NCBI GenBank assembly: GCA_044225365.1
Contig: JBGAIQ010000046.1
Span: 1 to 43,952, forward strand
Length of the DNA: 43,952 nucleotides
Reading direction: 5' to 3'
From: Planctomycetota bacterium
Lineage (GTDB): Bacteria; Planctomycetota; B15-G4; JADJEK01
Shown here piece by piece: positions 1-8,595 of this stretch; position 1 is the stretch's first letter, and each line of letters starts with the position of its first letter. Made by a program: the position numbers and the translations under genes. The notes beneath the pieces were generated by a model. That model was given only the letters and a program-made list of their open reading frames with translations, was not told where the DNA came from and ran no database searches.

Positions 1-1098
1 GTTCAGCGCTTCGATGCGCTGCGCGAGCCGCGGCTCTTGCAGGAGCGCATTCGCAACCACGGAGGCAATGCGTTCGCAGCCGAGAGCCGTGAAGTGGACC
101 GAGTCGAAGAAGTGGGAGGAGTCGCCGGGGATCGCGTCCGCGCACTCGACGAGAAGGGCGCCTTCGCGCCCCGCGACTCGCCGGATCGCATCGTTGTAGG
201 CCGCGAAGCCCTGGAGGAGCCGCGAGGGATCGAGATACGGCATGTAGTACATGCTCGTCACGGCGCCGGCGATCTGCTGTTCCTTGCTCTGCTCGGGACG
301 AAACTGCGTGGAGAACGTCATCAGGACGACGAGGGCTCCCGAGTCCTTCGCGTCGCGCGCGAGCTTCTCGATCCGCTTCTCGAACTCGCTCGCGAGCGGA
401 GTGAAATCGCAGTCGAGGAGCTTCCTCTCGCTGGCGTCCGCATGCCGGCGCGCCGCGATCTTCCAGTTCTTCTCGAGGAGGTCGACGACGACGAAGTGTT
501 CGGCGAGGAAGCTGCGTCGATCCGGGACTTCGTCGATCACGCCGCGGGCGAGGGCGAGCGTGCGCGTGTCGCGCGAGAGATCGTTCGTCGCGTGGTAGAT
601 GACGACGACGTCGGGTGCGAGCGGAGCGACGCGCGCCTTGAAGTCGATTCGTGATTCCTCGACGCCGATCCCCGGAATGCCCGCGTTCACGTTCTCGACG
701 CGAAGCCCTGCGTAGTTCGCGCGAATCGCGGCACACACCTTCTCGGGCCAGATCGAGGCGTCGTCGTTCACTTCGGCGCAGAAGTTCGTCGAGGCGCCGA
801 GGAAGGCGATCCGCAACGTGTGCGCCGCCTTCTGCCGCGGGAAGTCGGCGCCGCGAAACCCGAATGCGTTGATGTGCGTCGCACCGATCGTTTGATTCGG
901 CAGCGGCAGATGCATTCCGGTCGCCGGGTCGACGCCGCTCGCATATTGCTCCGACGAAGCTCGCCCGTACTTCACGTACAACCTTGCACGCGCGAGGCCT
1001 TCGAGCACGGCGAAGCCGACGACGATCATTCCGATGAGGAGGAGCACGCGTTGGACGAGGAGGCGTCCGCGCGATCGAGGCGGAGAGGTCGTCGTCAC
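1..1098 (-). CDS. SGNH/GDSL hydrolase family protein with N-terminal membrane anchor (3' end runs off the window)
   Basis: Not in the ORF track because it has no stop in the window. Manual translation from GTG 1098 gives MTTTSPPRSRGRLLVQRVLLLIGMIVVGFAVLEG..., with block I RIAFLGAST, block II NAGIPG, block III IYHATNDL and block V FFDSVHF. The start overlaps the DUF501 stop (GTGA). Confidence 0.85.
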   Translation of the reverse strand, partial: MTTTSPPRSRGRLLVQRVLLLIGMIVVGFAVLEGLARARLYVKYGRASSEQYASGVDPATGMHLPLPNQTIGATHINAFGFRGADFPRQKAAHTLRIAFLGASTNFCAEVNDDASIWPEKVCAAIRANYAGLRVENVNAGIPGIGVEESRIDFKARVAPLAPDVVVIYHATNDLSRDTRTLALARGVIDEVPDRRSFLAEHFVVVDLLEKNWKIAARRHADASERKLLDCDFTPLASEFEKRIEKLARDAKDSGALVVLMTFSTQFRPEQSKEQQIAGAVTSMYYMPYLDPSRLLQGFAAYNDAIRRVAGREGALLVECADAIPGDSSHFFDSVHFTALGCERIASVVANALLQEPRLAQRIEALN

Positions 1099-1598
1099 GG
1101 GACCGCTTCCACCGCGGCGCAGAGAGGCACCGGCGCGAGTTCGTCGATCATCCGTCCGATCGTGCTACCTCGGACGAGGTGGTGGGCGTAGTGGAGGTGC
1201 AGGCACTTGATCGAGGTCAGCGAGCGGATCCCGCCGATGCCGCGCGATCGGAACTCGTTCAGCAAGCCGTGTCGCTCGATCAGTTCGCGCTCGGAGGGCA
1301 GTAGCATCGCCTCGCGCTCCGTCACGTACTCGGCATGGTCGCGCAGCACGCCCTCGCGAATCGTCGCGTCGTCGCGGATCCGATCCTGCAATCGAGTGAT
1401 CACGCCCTGATGCTCCAGTCCCGAGATCGCGCGCTGCACGAACTTGCAGTCGAGCCAGTAGATCGTCGGGAACGGCAGAGGGTGCCCTTCGCGGATGCGC
1501 AGGGGATGGCAGCGCAGGACGAGAGGGTGGCCGGCAGGACAGCGCCGTGCGACGCTGGCCTTCAGGTCGGGGTAGCGATAGCGGGATCCGAACGACAC
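1095..1598 (-). CDS. DUF501 domain protein
   Basis: C-terminal part of ORF 1095..2078. Motifs RCPAGHP, PFPTIYWL and GIGG...IKCLHLHYAHHL. GTG 1598 is preceded by an extended -10-like TGTTATCTT 6 nt upstream. Confidence 0.85.
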   Translation of the reverse strand: MSFGSRYRYPDLKASVARRCPAGHPLVLRCHPLRIREGHPLPFPTIYWLDCKFVQRAISGLEHQGVITRLQDRIRDDATIREGVLRDHAEYVTEREAMLLPSERELIERHGLLNEFRSRGIGGIRSLTSIKCLHLHYAHHLVRGSTIGRMIDELAPVPLCAAVEAVP

Positions 1599-1604
1599 GC
1601 CGCG

Positions 1605-1613
1605 AAGATAACA
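1605..1613 (-). promoter_or_regulatory. Putative extended -10 promoter giving a leaderless DUF501 mRNA
   Basis: Minus strand reads TGTTATCTT-cgcggc-GTG, with no SD sequence. Confidence 0.4.
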
Positions 1614-1678
1614 GATGGCGGTCGATTGAAACTCCGCGCGAGCGTGCCAAACTCCAACGTCTCGTTCCGATCCCCAAC

Positions 1679-2539
1679 ATGAACCTACGCGAATACGCCC
1701 TTGGCATCGTCCTCGCCGAATCGATGGAGCAGAAGCTCGCTCCGCCCGATTCGACGCGCGGTGGCCTGCTCGATGACGAGGAAGCGACGCGGGGCGACGG
1801 CGTGGCTCCGAACGAACCCGGGCGCGCGCCGAACATCGCGATCGAGAAGGACACGCGCAAGAAACGCAAGGTCCCTCCGCTCTCCGGCTTTCGCGACCTG
1901 AATCAGCGCGTGCGCATCCTGCACGCCCTAGCGAACCACGAGCTGCAGGCGATCGAACTCTTCGCCTGGGCGATCGTGCGCTTCCCGAGCACGCCCGCGG
2001 CATTTCGCAGCGGTCTCTTGCGAATCCTTGGCGAGGAGCAACGCCATTGCTCGCTCTATCTCGATCGTCTCGCCGCACTCGGCGGGCGCTTCGGCGACTG
2101 GCCGCTCTCGGGTTACTTCTGGACGCGTGCCCAGTTCATCGAGACTCCGGTGAAGTTCATCTGCGCGATGTGTCTCACGTTCGAGAACGCGAATCTCGAC
2201 CACGCGCTCGCGCTCGAGGAAGAAGCGCGCACGTCCGGCGATCCGGAAACGGCGGACGTCCTGCGAATCGTCCACGACGACGAGGTGGGGCACGTCCGCT
2301 TCGGCCTGCACTGGCTGTCGCAGTGGAAGGAGCCGGGGCAGTCGTTGGTGGATGCGTGGCTCGCGAACATCACGTTTCCCCTGAGGCCGGAACTCGCTCG
2401 GGGCGATCGGTTCTTCGAGGGCTCACGTCGCGCGGTCGGTTTCGACGATTCATTCATCGCGTTGCTCGCTGCCGCCTCCCGGCCGCGAGCCCTGTACCAC
2501 TTCGACAAGTCGAATCCGAGCGAGCGGCAGGACGGATGA
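1679..2539 (+). CDS. DUF455 family ferritin-like di-iron protein
   Basis: Starts MNLREYA. Motifs LHALANHELQAIELF, EEQRH, LTFENANLDH and DEVGHV give the E / ExxH / E / ExxH carboxylate di-iron ligand pattern. Confidence 0.85.
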   Translation: MNLREYALGIVLAESMEQKLAPPDSTRGGLLDDEEATRGDGVAPNEPGRAPNIAIEKDTRKKRKVPPLSGFRDLNQRVRILHALANHELQAIELFAWAIVRFPSTPAAFRSGLLRILGEEQRHCSLYLDRLAALGGRFGDWPLSGYFWTRAQFIETPVKFICAMCLTFENANLDHALALEEEARTSGDPETADVLRIVHDDEVGHVRFGLHWLSQWKEPGQSLVDAWLANITFPLRPELARGDRFFEGSRRAVGFDDSFIALLAAASRPRALYHFDKSNPSERQDG

Positions 2540-3666
2540 AGCGGCGAATCGTCGGCAATCTCGATTTCGAGCACGATCTCGCGCACAGCGGTGCGATGTC
2601 GGCCGCCGCGGCCGCGCGCATTGCACCGCTCGCCACGCTCCTTCGCGTCTTCGCCGACGAGGAGGATTCGATCTGGACGCCGTCGACCGTCGATCCGTCG
2701 CTCGTTCCGCGCGTCCCCGGCCTCCCGAATCCCACGCTCGAGAACGGACCCTTCGAGGATCTGCCTCCCGTCGGGGAGTCGCTCGCCTGGGGCCAGTCGG
2801 TCGCCTGCGTGCACCTGGCCGCGAAAGCGACCGGGGAGGGTCGCGGCGGGGGAGAGCCACCGAGCTACGAGACTCGGTGCCTGCATCGCCACGTCTGGTC
2901 CCTGCCGCGCGCCTCGGCGGAGGTGGCCAAGGCGGCGAACGATCGACGGTTCTTCCTGAAGGTCGCCCGCGATTTCCAGACCTCGCTGCCGGGATCGGAC
3001 TACTTCCGCGATCTCGCCGGACTCGAAACGCATCTCCAGACTCAGCCGTCGCGGAAGTTCGTGCTCAAGGCGCCATTCTCCGCCTCGGGCCGGGCGCGTC
3101 TCGTGTTCGAGCGGGACGCGATCCTCGATCCGAAGACCCGCGATCGCATCACGACCCTCCTCGCGAAGCAGGGCGGAGCGTTGCTCGAGCCGTGGATGGA
3201 TCGCACCGACGATTTCGGGGCGCTCGGTCTCATCAACGATCGAGGCGTCGCGTTCCTCGGATTGCACCGTCAGCACGTGACGGCCGAGGGTCAGTTCGTC
3301 GGGATCACCCTGCGACCCTTTTCGGTGCCGCGCGGCCTCAGCAAGGAAGAGACGGCGGAGCTCACCGTCGCGGCGAGGCGAGTCGGCGAGGCGCTCTTCG
3401 AATTCGGCTACCGCGGACCGTATTCCGTCGATTCGTGGCGATATCGGCTTCCGGACGGGAAGACGCGGGTGCAGCCGATCGGCGAGATCAACGCCCGGAT
3501 GACGATGGGCCTCGTCGCGCGAGTCGCGGCGGAGCGAGTGTTCGGGCACGATTGCGTCGACGAGGTCGCGATGATCCTCGACGACGAAACGACGCCCGCG
3601 GGTCCTGACGCGATCGTCATCCTGAATCGTCCGCGGGTCGTGCTCGCCCGGTTGCCTGTGGAGTAA
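2536..3666 (+). CDS. ATP-grasp-fold protein of unknown substrate
   Basis: Starts MKRRIVGNLDFEHDLA at an ATGA overlap with the DUF455 stop. Motifs VLKAPFSASGR, LLEPWMDR, GYRGPYSVD and EINARMT (ExNxR). Confidence 0.75.
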   Translation: MKRRIVGNLDFEHDLAHSGAMSAAAAARIAPLATLLRVFADEEDSIWTPSTVDPSLVPRVPGLPNPTLENGPFEDLPPVGESLAWGQSVACVHLAAKATGEGRGGGEPPSYETRCLHRHVWSLPRASAEVAKAANDRRFFLKVARDFQTSLPGSDYFRDLAGLETHLQTQPSRKFVLKAPFSASGRARLVFERDAILDPKTRDRITTLLAKQGGALLEPWMDRTDDFGALGLINDRGVAFLGLHRQHVTAEGQFVGITLRPFSVPRGLSKEETAELTVAARRVGEALFEFGYRGPYSVDSWRYRLPDGKTRVQPIGEINARMTMGLVARVAAERVFGHDCVDEVAMILDDETTPAGPDAIVILNRPRVVLARLPVE

Positions 3667-3738
3667 TCGAGGATCGTTCGCGACAATGCCCCCGACCGTG
3701 CGCACTCACGCGCGCAACCGCGACTCGGGACTGCCGGA

Positions 3739-4479
3739 ATGATCGAAGTCGACCACGTCTCCAAACACTTCGGCGAAGTGAAAGCCGTCGATGATGTCTC
3801 CTTCACCATCGAGGAAGGCGAGATCGTCGGCTTCCTCGGGCCGAACGGCGCCGGAAAGAGCACGCTCCTCAAGATGATGTGCACCTGGCTCCCGCCGACC
3901 TCGGGACGCATCTCCATCGCGGGGCACGATGTCGCCGACGAGCCGCTCGCGGTGCGGCAATCCCTCGGCTACCTGCCCGAGCACAACGCGCTGTACGACG
4001 GCATGCGAGTCCAGGGTTTCCTCGACTTCATCGCCGACATCCGCGGCCTCTCCGGGCCACACTTGAAGGAACGCCTCGCGTGGGTCGTCGAGAACTGTGG
4101 GATCGGTCCCGTGCTCGGCAAATGGGTGAGTCAATGCAGCAAGGGTTTCCGCCAGCGCATCGGCCTCGCCGCCGCGCTCCTGCATGACCCCAAAGTGCTC
4201 TTGCTCGACGAGCCGACGCACGGTCTCGATCCGCTGCAGGTCGTGCAGTTCCGGAACTTCCTGCGCAAGCTGCAGAAGGGCCGCTCGATCCTGTTCTCGA
4301 GCCACATCCTCGCCGAGGTGCTCTCGATCTCGGAGCGGATCCTCATCATCCATCACGGCCGACTGCTCGAGAACGCGAGCGTGACCGAACTCGAGAAACG
4401 GGCGGCGGCGGCCTCGCCGAAGAAGACCGTCGAGGAAGTGATCCTCGACGTGGTGCGCGAGAAGGGAGGTGCACGATGA
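3739..4479 (+). CDS. ABC transporter ATP-binding protein (GldA-like)
   Basis: Walker A GPNGAGKST, signature CSKGFRQR, Walker B LLLDEPT, H-loop SSH. Confidence 0.95.
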   Translation: MIEVDHVSKHFGEVKAVDDVSFTIEEGEIVGFLGPNGAGKSTLLKMMCTWLPPTSGRISIAGHDVADEPLAVRQSLGYLPEHNALYDGMRVQGFLDFIADIRGLSGPHLKERLAWVVENCGIGPVLGKWVSQCSKGFRQRIGLAAALLHDPKVLLLDEPTHGLDPLQVVQFRNFLRKLQKGRSILFSSHILAEVLSISERILIIHHGRLLENASVTELEKRAAAASPKKTVEEVILDVVREKGGAR

Positions 4480-5267
4480 GTGCTGCGACGGACAAGCTCG
4501 GTCCAAGCGGTACGCCGCGACTCGGCGCCTCGTTCATCGGTGGGATCCGAGCGGTCGTTCGCCGCGAGGTGCGGCAGTACTTCGATTCGAAGATCGCATA
4601 CGTCTTCGCGATCGCATTCGTGCTCCTCGCGAATTCGATCTTCATGAACGAGTTCTTCCTGACGGGCAACGTCGACATGGGTGGCTTCTTCGATCAGATG
4701 CCGCTGCTCCTGCCCCTCTTCCTTCCCGCGCTGACGATGCGGCTCTTCGCGGAGGAGAAGAAGACGCGCACGATCGAACTCCTACTCACGTTGCCGATCT
4801 CCGCCGGGCAAGCCGTCCTCGGCAAGTTCTTCGCGGCGTTCCTCGTGTACGGGCTCTTCCTCGTCGGCACGCTTCCGATCGTGGTGATGCTGCTCGCTCT
4901 CGGTGATCCCGACCTCGGTCAGATCGTCTCGGGCTACATCGGGCTCGCGCTCGCGGGCGGATTCCTGCTCGCTCTCGGCACCTTCTTCTCCGCGCTCTCG
5001 TCGGATCAGATCGTCACCTTCGTCGCCACGTCCGTTGCGGGCTACCTGCTCGTCCTGCTCGGGAACGAGAAGGTCGTGACCGTCCTCGATGGCCTGTCCC
5101 CCGCCCTCGCGGTGGGATCCTTCCTGCGCGATGGCGTATCGCTGATGCCGCACTACGAGTCGTTCGTGCGAGGCGTCATTGGACTGCCGGCGGTCGTCTA
5201 CTTCGTCGCGATGAGCACGCTGTTCCTGTGGCTCGACGCCTACGTGCTCGACAAGCATCGGGATTGA
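4476..5267 (+). CDS. ABC-2 type permease (GldF-like)
   Basis: About 6 TM segments and the motif PALTMRLFAEEKKTRTIELLLTLP. ATGA overlap with the ATPase gene. Confidence 0.9.
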   Translation: MSAATDKLGPSGTPRLGASFIGGIRAVVRREVRQYFDSKIAYVFAIAFVLLANSIFMNEFFLTGNVDMGGFFDQMPLLLPLFLPALTMRLFAEEKKTRTIELLLTLPISAGQAVLGKFFAAFLVYGLFLVGTLPIVVMLLALGDPDLGQIVSGYIGLALAGGFLLALGTFFSALSSDQIVTFVATSVAGYLLVLLGNEKVVTVLDGLSPALAVGSFLRDGVSLMPHYESFVRGVIGLPAVVYFVAMSTLFLWLDAYVLDKHRD

Positions 5268-5277
5268 GCGACCCGCG

Positions 5278-8200
5278 ATGAAACTCGGACGCCTTCTCCT
5301 CACCGTCCTCACCGCTGGTCTCGGTCTCTCGACCGCGATGCTCCTCGAGCGCGTCGCGGGCCACTCGTCGTCGGTCCGCACCGAACTCTCGCGTGTGAAG
5401 CTGTCGACGCTCGAGCCGGCCCTCGAGTCGAAGCTCGGCCAACTCCACGACACGCTCTCCATCACGTACTACGTGACGCGAGAGGACAAGATGCCGTCCA
5501 ACATGCGGCACGTGGAGCGCGAGGTCGTCGATCTGCTCCGTGCGCTCGCAGCGAATCGCAAGGGCAAGGTCGAGTGGTGGATCGTCGATCCCACCGACGA
5601 CGACGATCTGAAGAAGTTCGCGGCGAACCGAAAGGTCGCACCCGTGCGGATGCGCAGCGTTGCGCACGATCAGTATTCGGAGCAGGAAGTGTGGTCGACG
5701 TTGTCGATCACGTACGGCCCGAAACCGCCGGCGTTGATCGAAGGGATCGGCCAGGAACACCTGCCACGATTGCAGCACATTCTGCTCGAGCAGTTGAACC
5801 AGCTCGAAGCGCCGCGCAAGCCCGTCTTCGCGCTCGCGGCACCGAGCGAGGGCACGAGGCTGCTCCACGACGACCTCGCCCGCCGCGGCGAGTTGCGCGA
5901 GGTCGATCTCGAGCATGGTCAGGCGATTCCGCAGGACGCGGACGTGCTGTTCATCGTGAAGCCGCGCACGGTCGATGCGACGACGCTGCGGCGCCTTCGT
6001 CATTTCCAGGAGACGGGCGGCAGCATCGTGGTGGTGGGTTCGCTGCACGACGCGAAGATCGATCCCACGCTCTTGTCCTGCGAGGTCGAACCCGGATCCG
6101 AGGCGATCGACATCCTCCTCAAGGAGTTCGGCGTCCGCGTGGTCCCCGGCCTGCTCCTCGATCGCAAGTCCGCGACGCAGAGCCTTCCGACCGGAGAGCC
6201 CGGCTCGATCTTCCGCGTCGGCTGCCTCACGCTGAACCAGGATTTCCAATCGCTCGCGCGCGATCCGCGCGGCACGATCCTGGCGAGCGCAGCGAACGCG
6301 CTGCAGCTCGATTCGACGCGCCTCGAGGAACTCGGGATGCGAGCCGAGGTGCTCGCGACGAGCTCGGACGATTCGGCGATCTTTCCGTTCGCGACGAAGC
6401 AGAAGCTCGACGCCGGCACGATGCTCACCGCGGGCGATCCGGTGCCGAAGCAGCCGATCCTCGTGTGGGCGCGGCCCAACGAGCCGTGGAAGGGTTCGGT
6501 CGTCGCGGCGTCGTTCCCGTCGCTCGTCGACGACTCGGTGTACGGTGTCGAGCAGATCGCGAACCAACGCACCGTCGAAACGCTCCTCGAGACGATCGCA
6601 TCGCAGGATCGACTCGTCATGCGCCGCGCGGGAGTGGTGAAGCCGCCGCCCTTGCCCGAGCTCTCCGCGGGCTCGCGCGTGCTCTGGCGCACGATCGTCG
6701 TACTGCTGTTCCCGGCGACGTTGCTCCTCCTCGGCTTGTTCCGACGTCGTCGAGACGAACGCATCGAGAGCGAACGCGCCACGTCGCGGCGCGGGACGGC
6801 TCGCCTCGCGATGCGGGTCGTGGGCGGATTCGTCGCGGTCGCTGCCTCGGTCGCGCTCGTGCGCGTGGTCGCGGCGCGAACCCCGCTCCGCATCGACCTG
6901 ACGGCTCACGGTACGAACGCTCTCGCGGCGGCATCTTCGAAGATCGCGGGCGAGACGAAGGAGAGCGTGCGCGTCGAGCTGTGCTTCTCCGACGACTCGC
7001 GGCTGCCCCCCGAGATGAAGTCGCTCGCGGCCAGCCTGCGAGAGACTTTGCGGGAGTTCGAGTCCGCCGGCGCCGACCTGACGATCGTCCCGCGACCTCC
7101 CGAAGATCTCGACGCCACCGCACAGGGCGAGCTCGCCTCGCTCGGCGTGAAGCCGGTCCGTGCGACGAGCCGAATCGAGGAAGTGACGACGGTTCGCAAC
7201 TACTACGCGAGCGTGGTGCTTCGCGGCTACTCGCGTGCGATCGCGCTCGCGTTCGACGACGTCGAGTCGTTCGAGAATCTCGAGTTCCGCATCGCGTTCG
7301 GTCTGTGGCGTCTGCGCACGGGGAAGCAGGCGATTCTGGGATTCGCATCCGATGTTCCGCGGCTCTCCGCGGGCGAGGCCTGGCAATTCTATCAGCAGCG
7401 CGGCCTGATCCCGCCGTCGGGCAAGGACGTCTACAGCCTCGCTCGCGAGATCCTCGAGAAGAACGACTTCAAGGTCGTCCACATCAATCCACGTTCGCCG
7501 ACGCTTCCCGCCGACCTCGACGCGCTGCTCTGGCTGCAGCCGCGCCGCTCGGTCACGGAGATGCTCCCGAAGTTCACGGAGTACCTCTACAAGGGCGGCC
7601 GCGCGATGGTCGCCGCGCAGCACTTCTCGATGCAGGCGCGGCAGTATCGCGGACGCGACCTTGATTTCGTGTATTGGCCGCAGCCGCAGTCGCCGGACGT
7701 GGAGGAGTTCTACTACCCCGACCTCGGTGTGATGATGGTCCGCGAGGTCCTGTTCGACAAGAACGACTTCCCGATCGAACTCGACACCCAACTGCACCGC
7801 TCGGGACGCCGTGAGTTCGAATCGCAAGATCTCGCCAAGCCCTTCTGCATCCGCGCCAGCTCGGCGCGCTTCGACAAGTCGAGCTGGATCACGAAGACGC
7901 TGTCGGATCAGCCGTTCGTCTTCGGAGCGTTCTTCGATCTCGACGCCGCCAAGCTCGCCGCAGCTGGATTGAAGGCGACGACCCTCATGCGTACCTCCGA
8001 CGAGTCGTGGACGTTCCTGTGGAGCGGAGGTTGGTTGCCTCACGGCATGTTGACGGGACCCGGCGCGACGCCGAAGAGCACGGAGCGCGACAAGGACGTC
8101 GTCCCCGAGAAGTACCGCGGCTCGCTTCCAATGGCCGTTCTGCTCGAGGGGCAATTCCCCTGGCCGAAGAGCGAATTCGTCTTCCCGCCGCAGACGATCG

Positions 8201-8595
8201 GCGCCGATGGCAAGCCGATCGATCAGCCGCCGCGCCCGCCCTTCGCCGCGCCGGAACCTGCCAAAGACAAGAAGCCGGGGCGTCTCGTGATGGTCGGGAA
8301 CTCCGAGATGTTCAAGGACACCTACCTGCTGCAGCTTCGACCCACCTTCCGCGCCGACCAGTTCCTCCTGAACGCGGCGACCGACCTCGCCCTCGGCGAC
8401 GATCTCGCGAGCGTCATGGCGCATCGCGTCGAGAAGCACGGTTTCGAGCGAGTGCCTTCCGAGTCGATCCTCGCGTGGCGCGCCAAGGTGGTGATGGGCG
8501 CTCCGCTCGTCATCCTCGTGCTCGCCGTTCTGCGCGCGATCTTCGAAGCCCTCTTTGCTGCGAGCCGGGCTCGAGCGATGCGAGGTGCCTTATGA
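5278..8595 (+). CDS. GldG-family ABC auxiliary protein with two tandem GldG-like modules
   Basis: 1105 aa with the architecture TM - thioredoxin-like - GldG/GIFT-like - TM repeated twice. Parallel segments ITYYVTREDKMPSNMR...LLRAL and VELCFSDDSRLPPEMK...TLREF. Module 2 carries RIDLT and GRLVMVGNSEMF. Confidence 0.75.
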   Translation: MKLGRLLLTVLTAGLGLSTAMLLERVAGHSSSVRTELSRVKLSTLEPALESKLGQLHDTLSITYYVTREDKMPSNMRHVEREVVDLLRALAANRKGKVEWWIVDPTDDDDLKKFAANRKVAPVRMRSVAHDQYSEQEVWSTLSITYGPKPPALIEGIGQEHLPRLQHILLEQLNQLEAPRKPVFALAAPSEGTRLLHDDLARRGELREVDLEHGQAIPQDADVLFIVKPRTVDATTLRRLRHFQETGGSIVVVGSLHDAKIDPTLLSCEVEPGSEAIDILLKEFGVRVVPGLLLDRKSATQSLPTGEPGSIFRVGCLTLNQDFQSLARDPRGTILASAANALQLDSTRLEELGMRAEVLATSSDDSAIFPFATKQKLDAGTMLTAGDPVPKQPILVWARPNEPWKGSVVAASFPSLVDDSVYGVEQIANQRTVETLLETIASQDRLVMRRAGVVKPPPLPELSAGSRVLWRTIVVLLFPATLLLLGLFRRRRDERIESERATSRRGTARLAMRVVGGFVAVAASVALVRVVAARTPLRIDLTAHGTNALAAASSKIAGETKESVRVELCFSDDSRLPPEMKSLAASLRETLREFESAGADLTIVPRPPEDLDATAQGELASLGVKPVRATSRIEEVTTVRNYYASVVLRGYSRAIALAFDDVESFENLEFRIAFGLWRLRTGKQAILGFASDVPRLSAGEAWQFYQQRGLIPPSGKDVYSLAREILEKNDFKVVHINPRSPTLPADLDALLWLQPRRSVTEMLPKFTEYLYKGGRAMVAAQHFSMQARQYRGRDLDFVYWPQPQSPDVEEFYYPDLGVMMVREVLFDKNDFPIELDTQLHRSGRREFESQDLAKPFCIRASSARFDKSSWITKTLSDQPFVFGAFFDLDAAKLAAAGLKATTLMRTSDESWTFLWSGGWLPHGMLTGPGATPKSTERDKDVVPEKYRGSLPMAVLLEGQFPWPKSEFVFPPQTIGADGKPIDQPPRPPFAAPEPAKDKKPGRLVMVGNSEMFKDTYLLQLRPTFRADQFLLNAATDLALGDDLASVMAHRVEKHGFERVPSESILAWRAKVVMGAPLVILVLAVLRAIFEALFAASRARAMRGAL

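Noticed and set aside
37-1191. Plus-strand ORFs 37..654 and 820..1191
   Set aside because: They are antisense to the SGNH hydrolase, which has all catalytic blocks on the minus strand.
5176-8439. Very long antisense or alternative-frame ORFs (e.g. 5176..8439 -, 10277..13441 +, 34264..37803 +, 16806..18893 -, 40207..42066 +)
   Set aside because: These are shadow ORFs expected from high-GC codon bias. They are Arg/Ala-rich, have no motifs and overlap well-supported genes.
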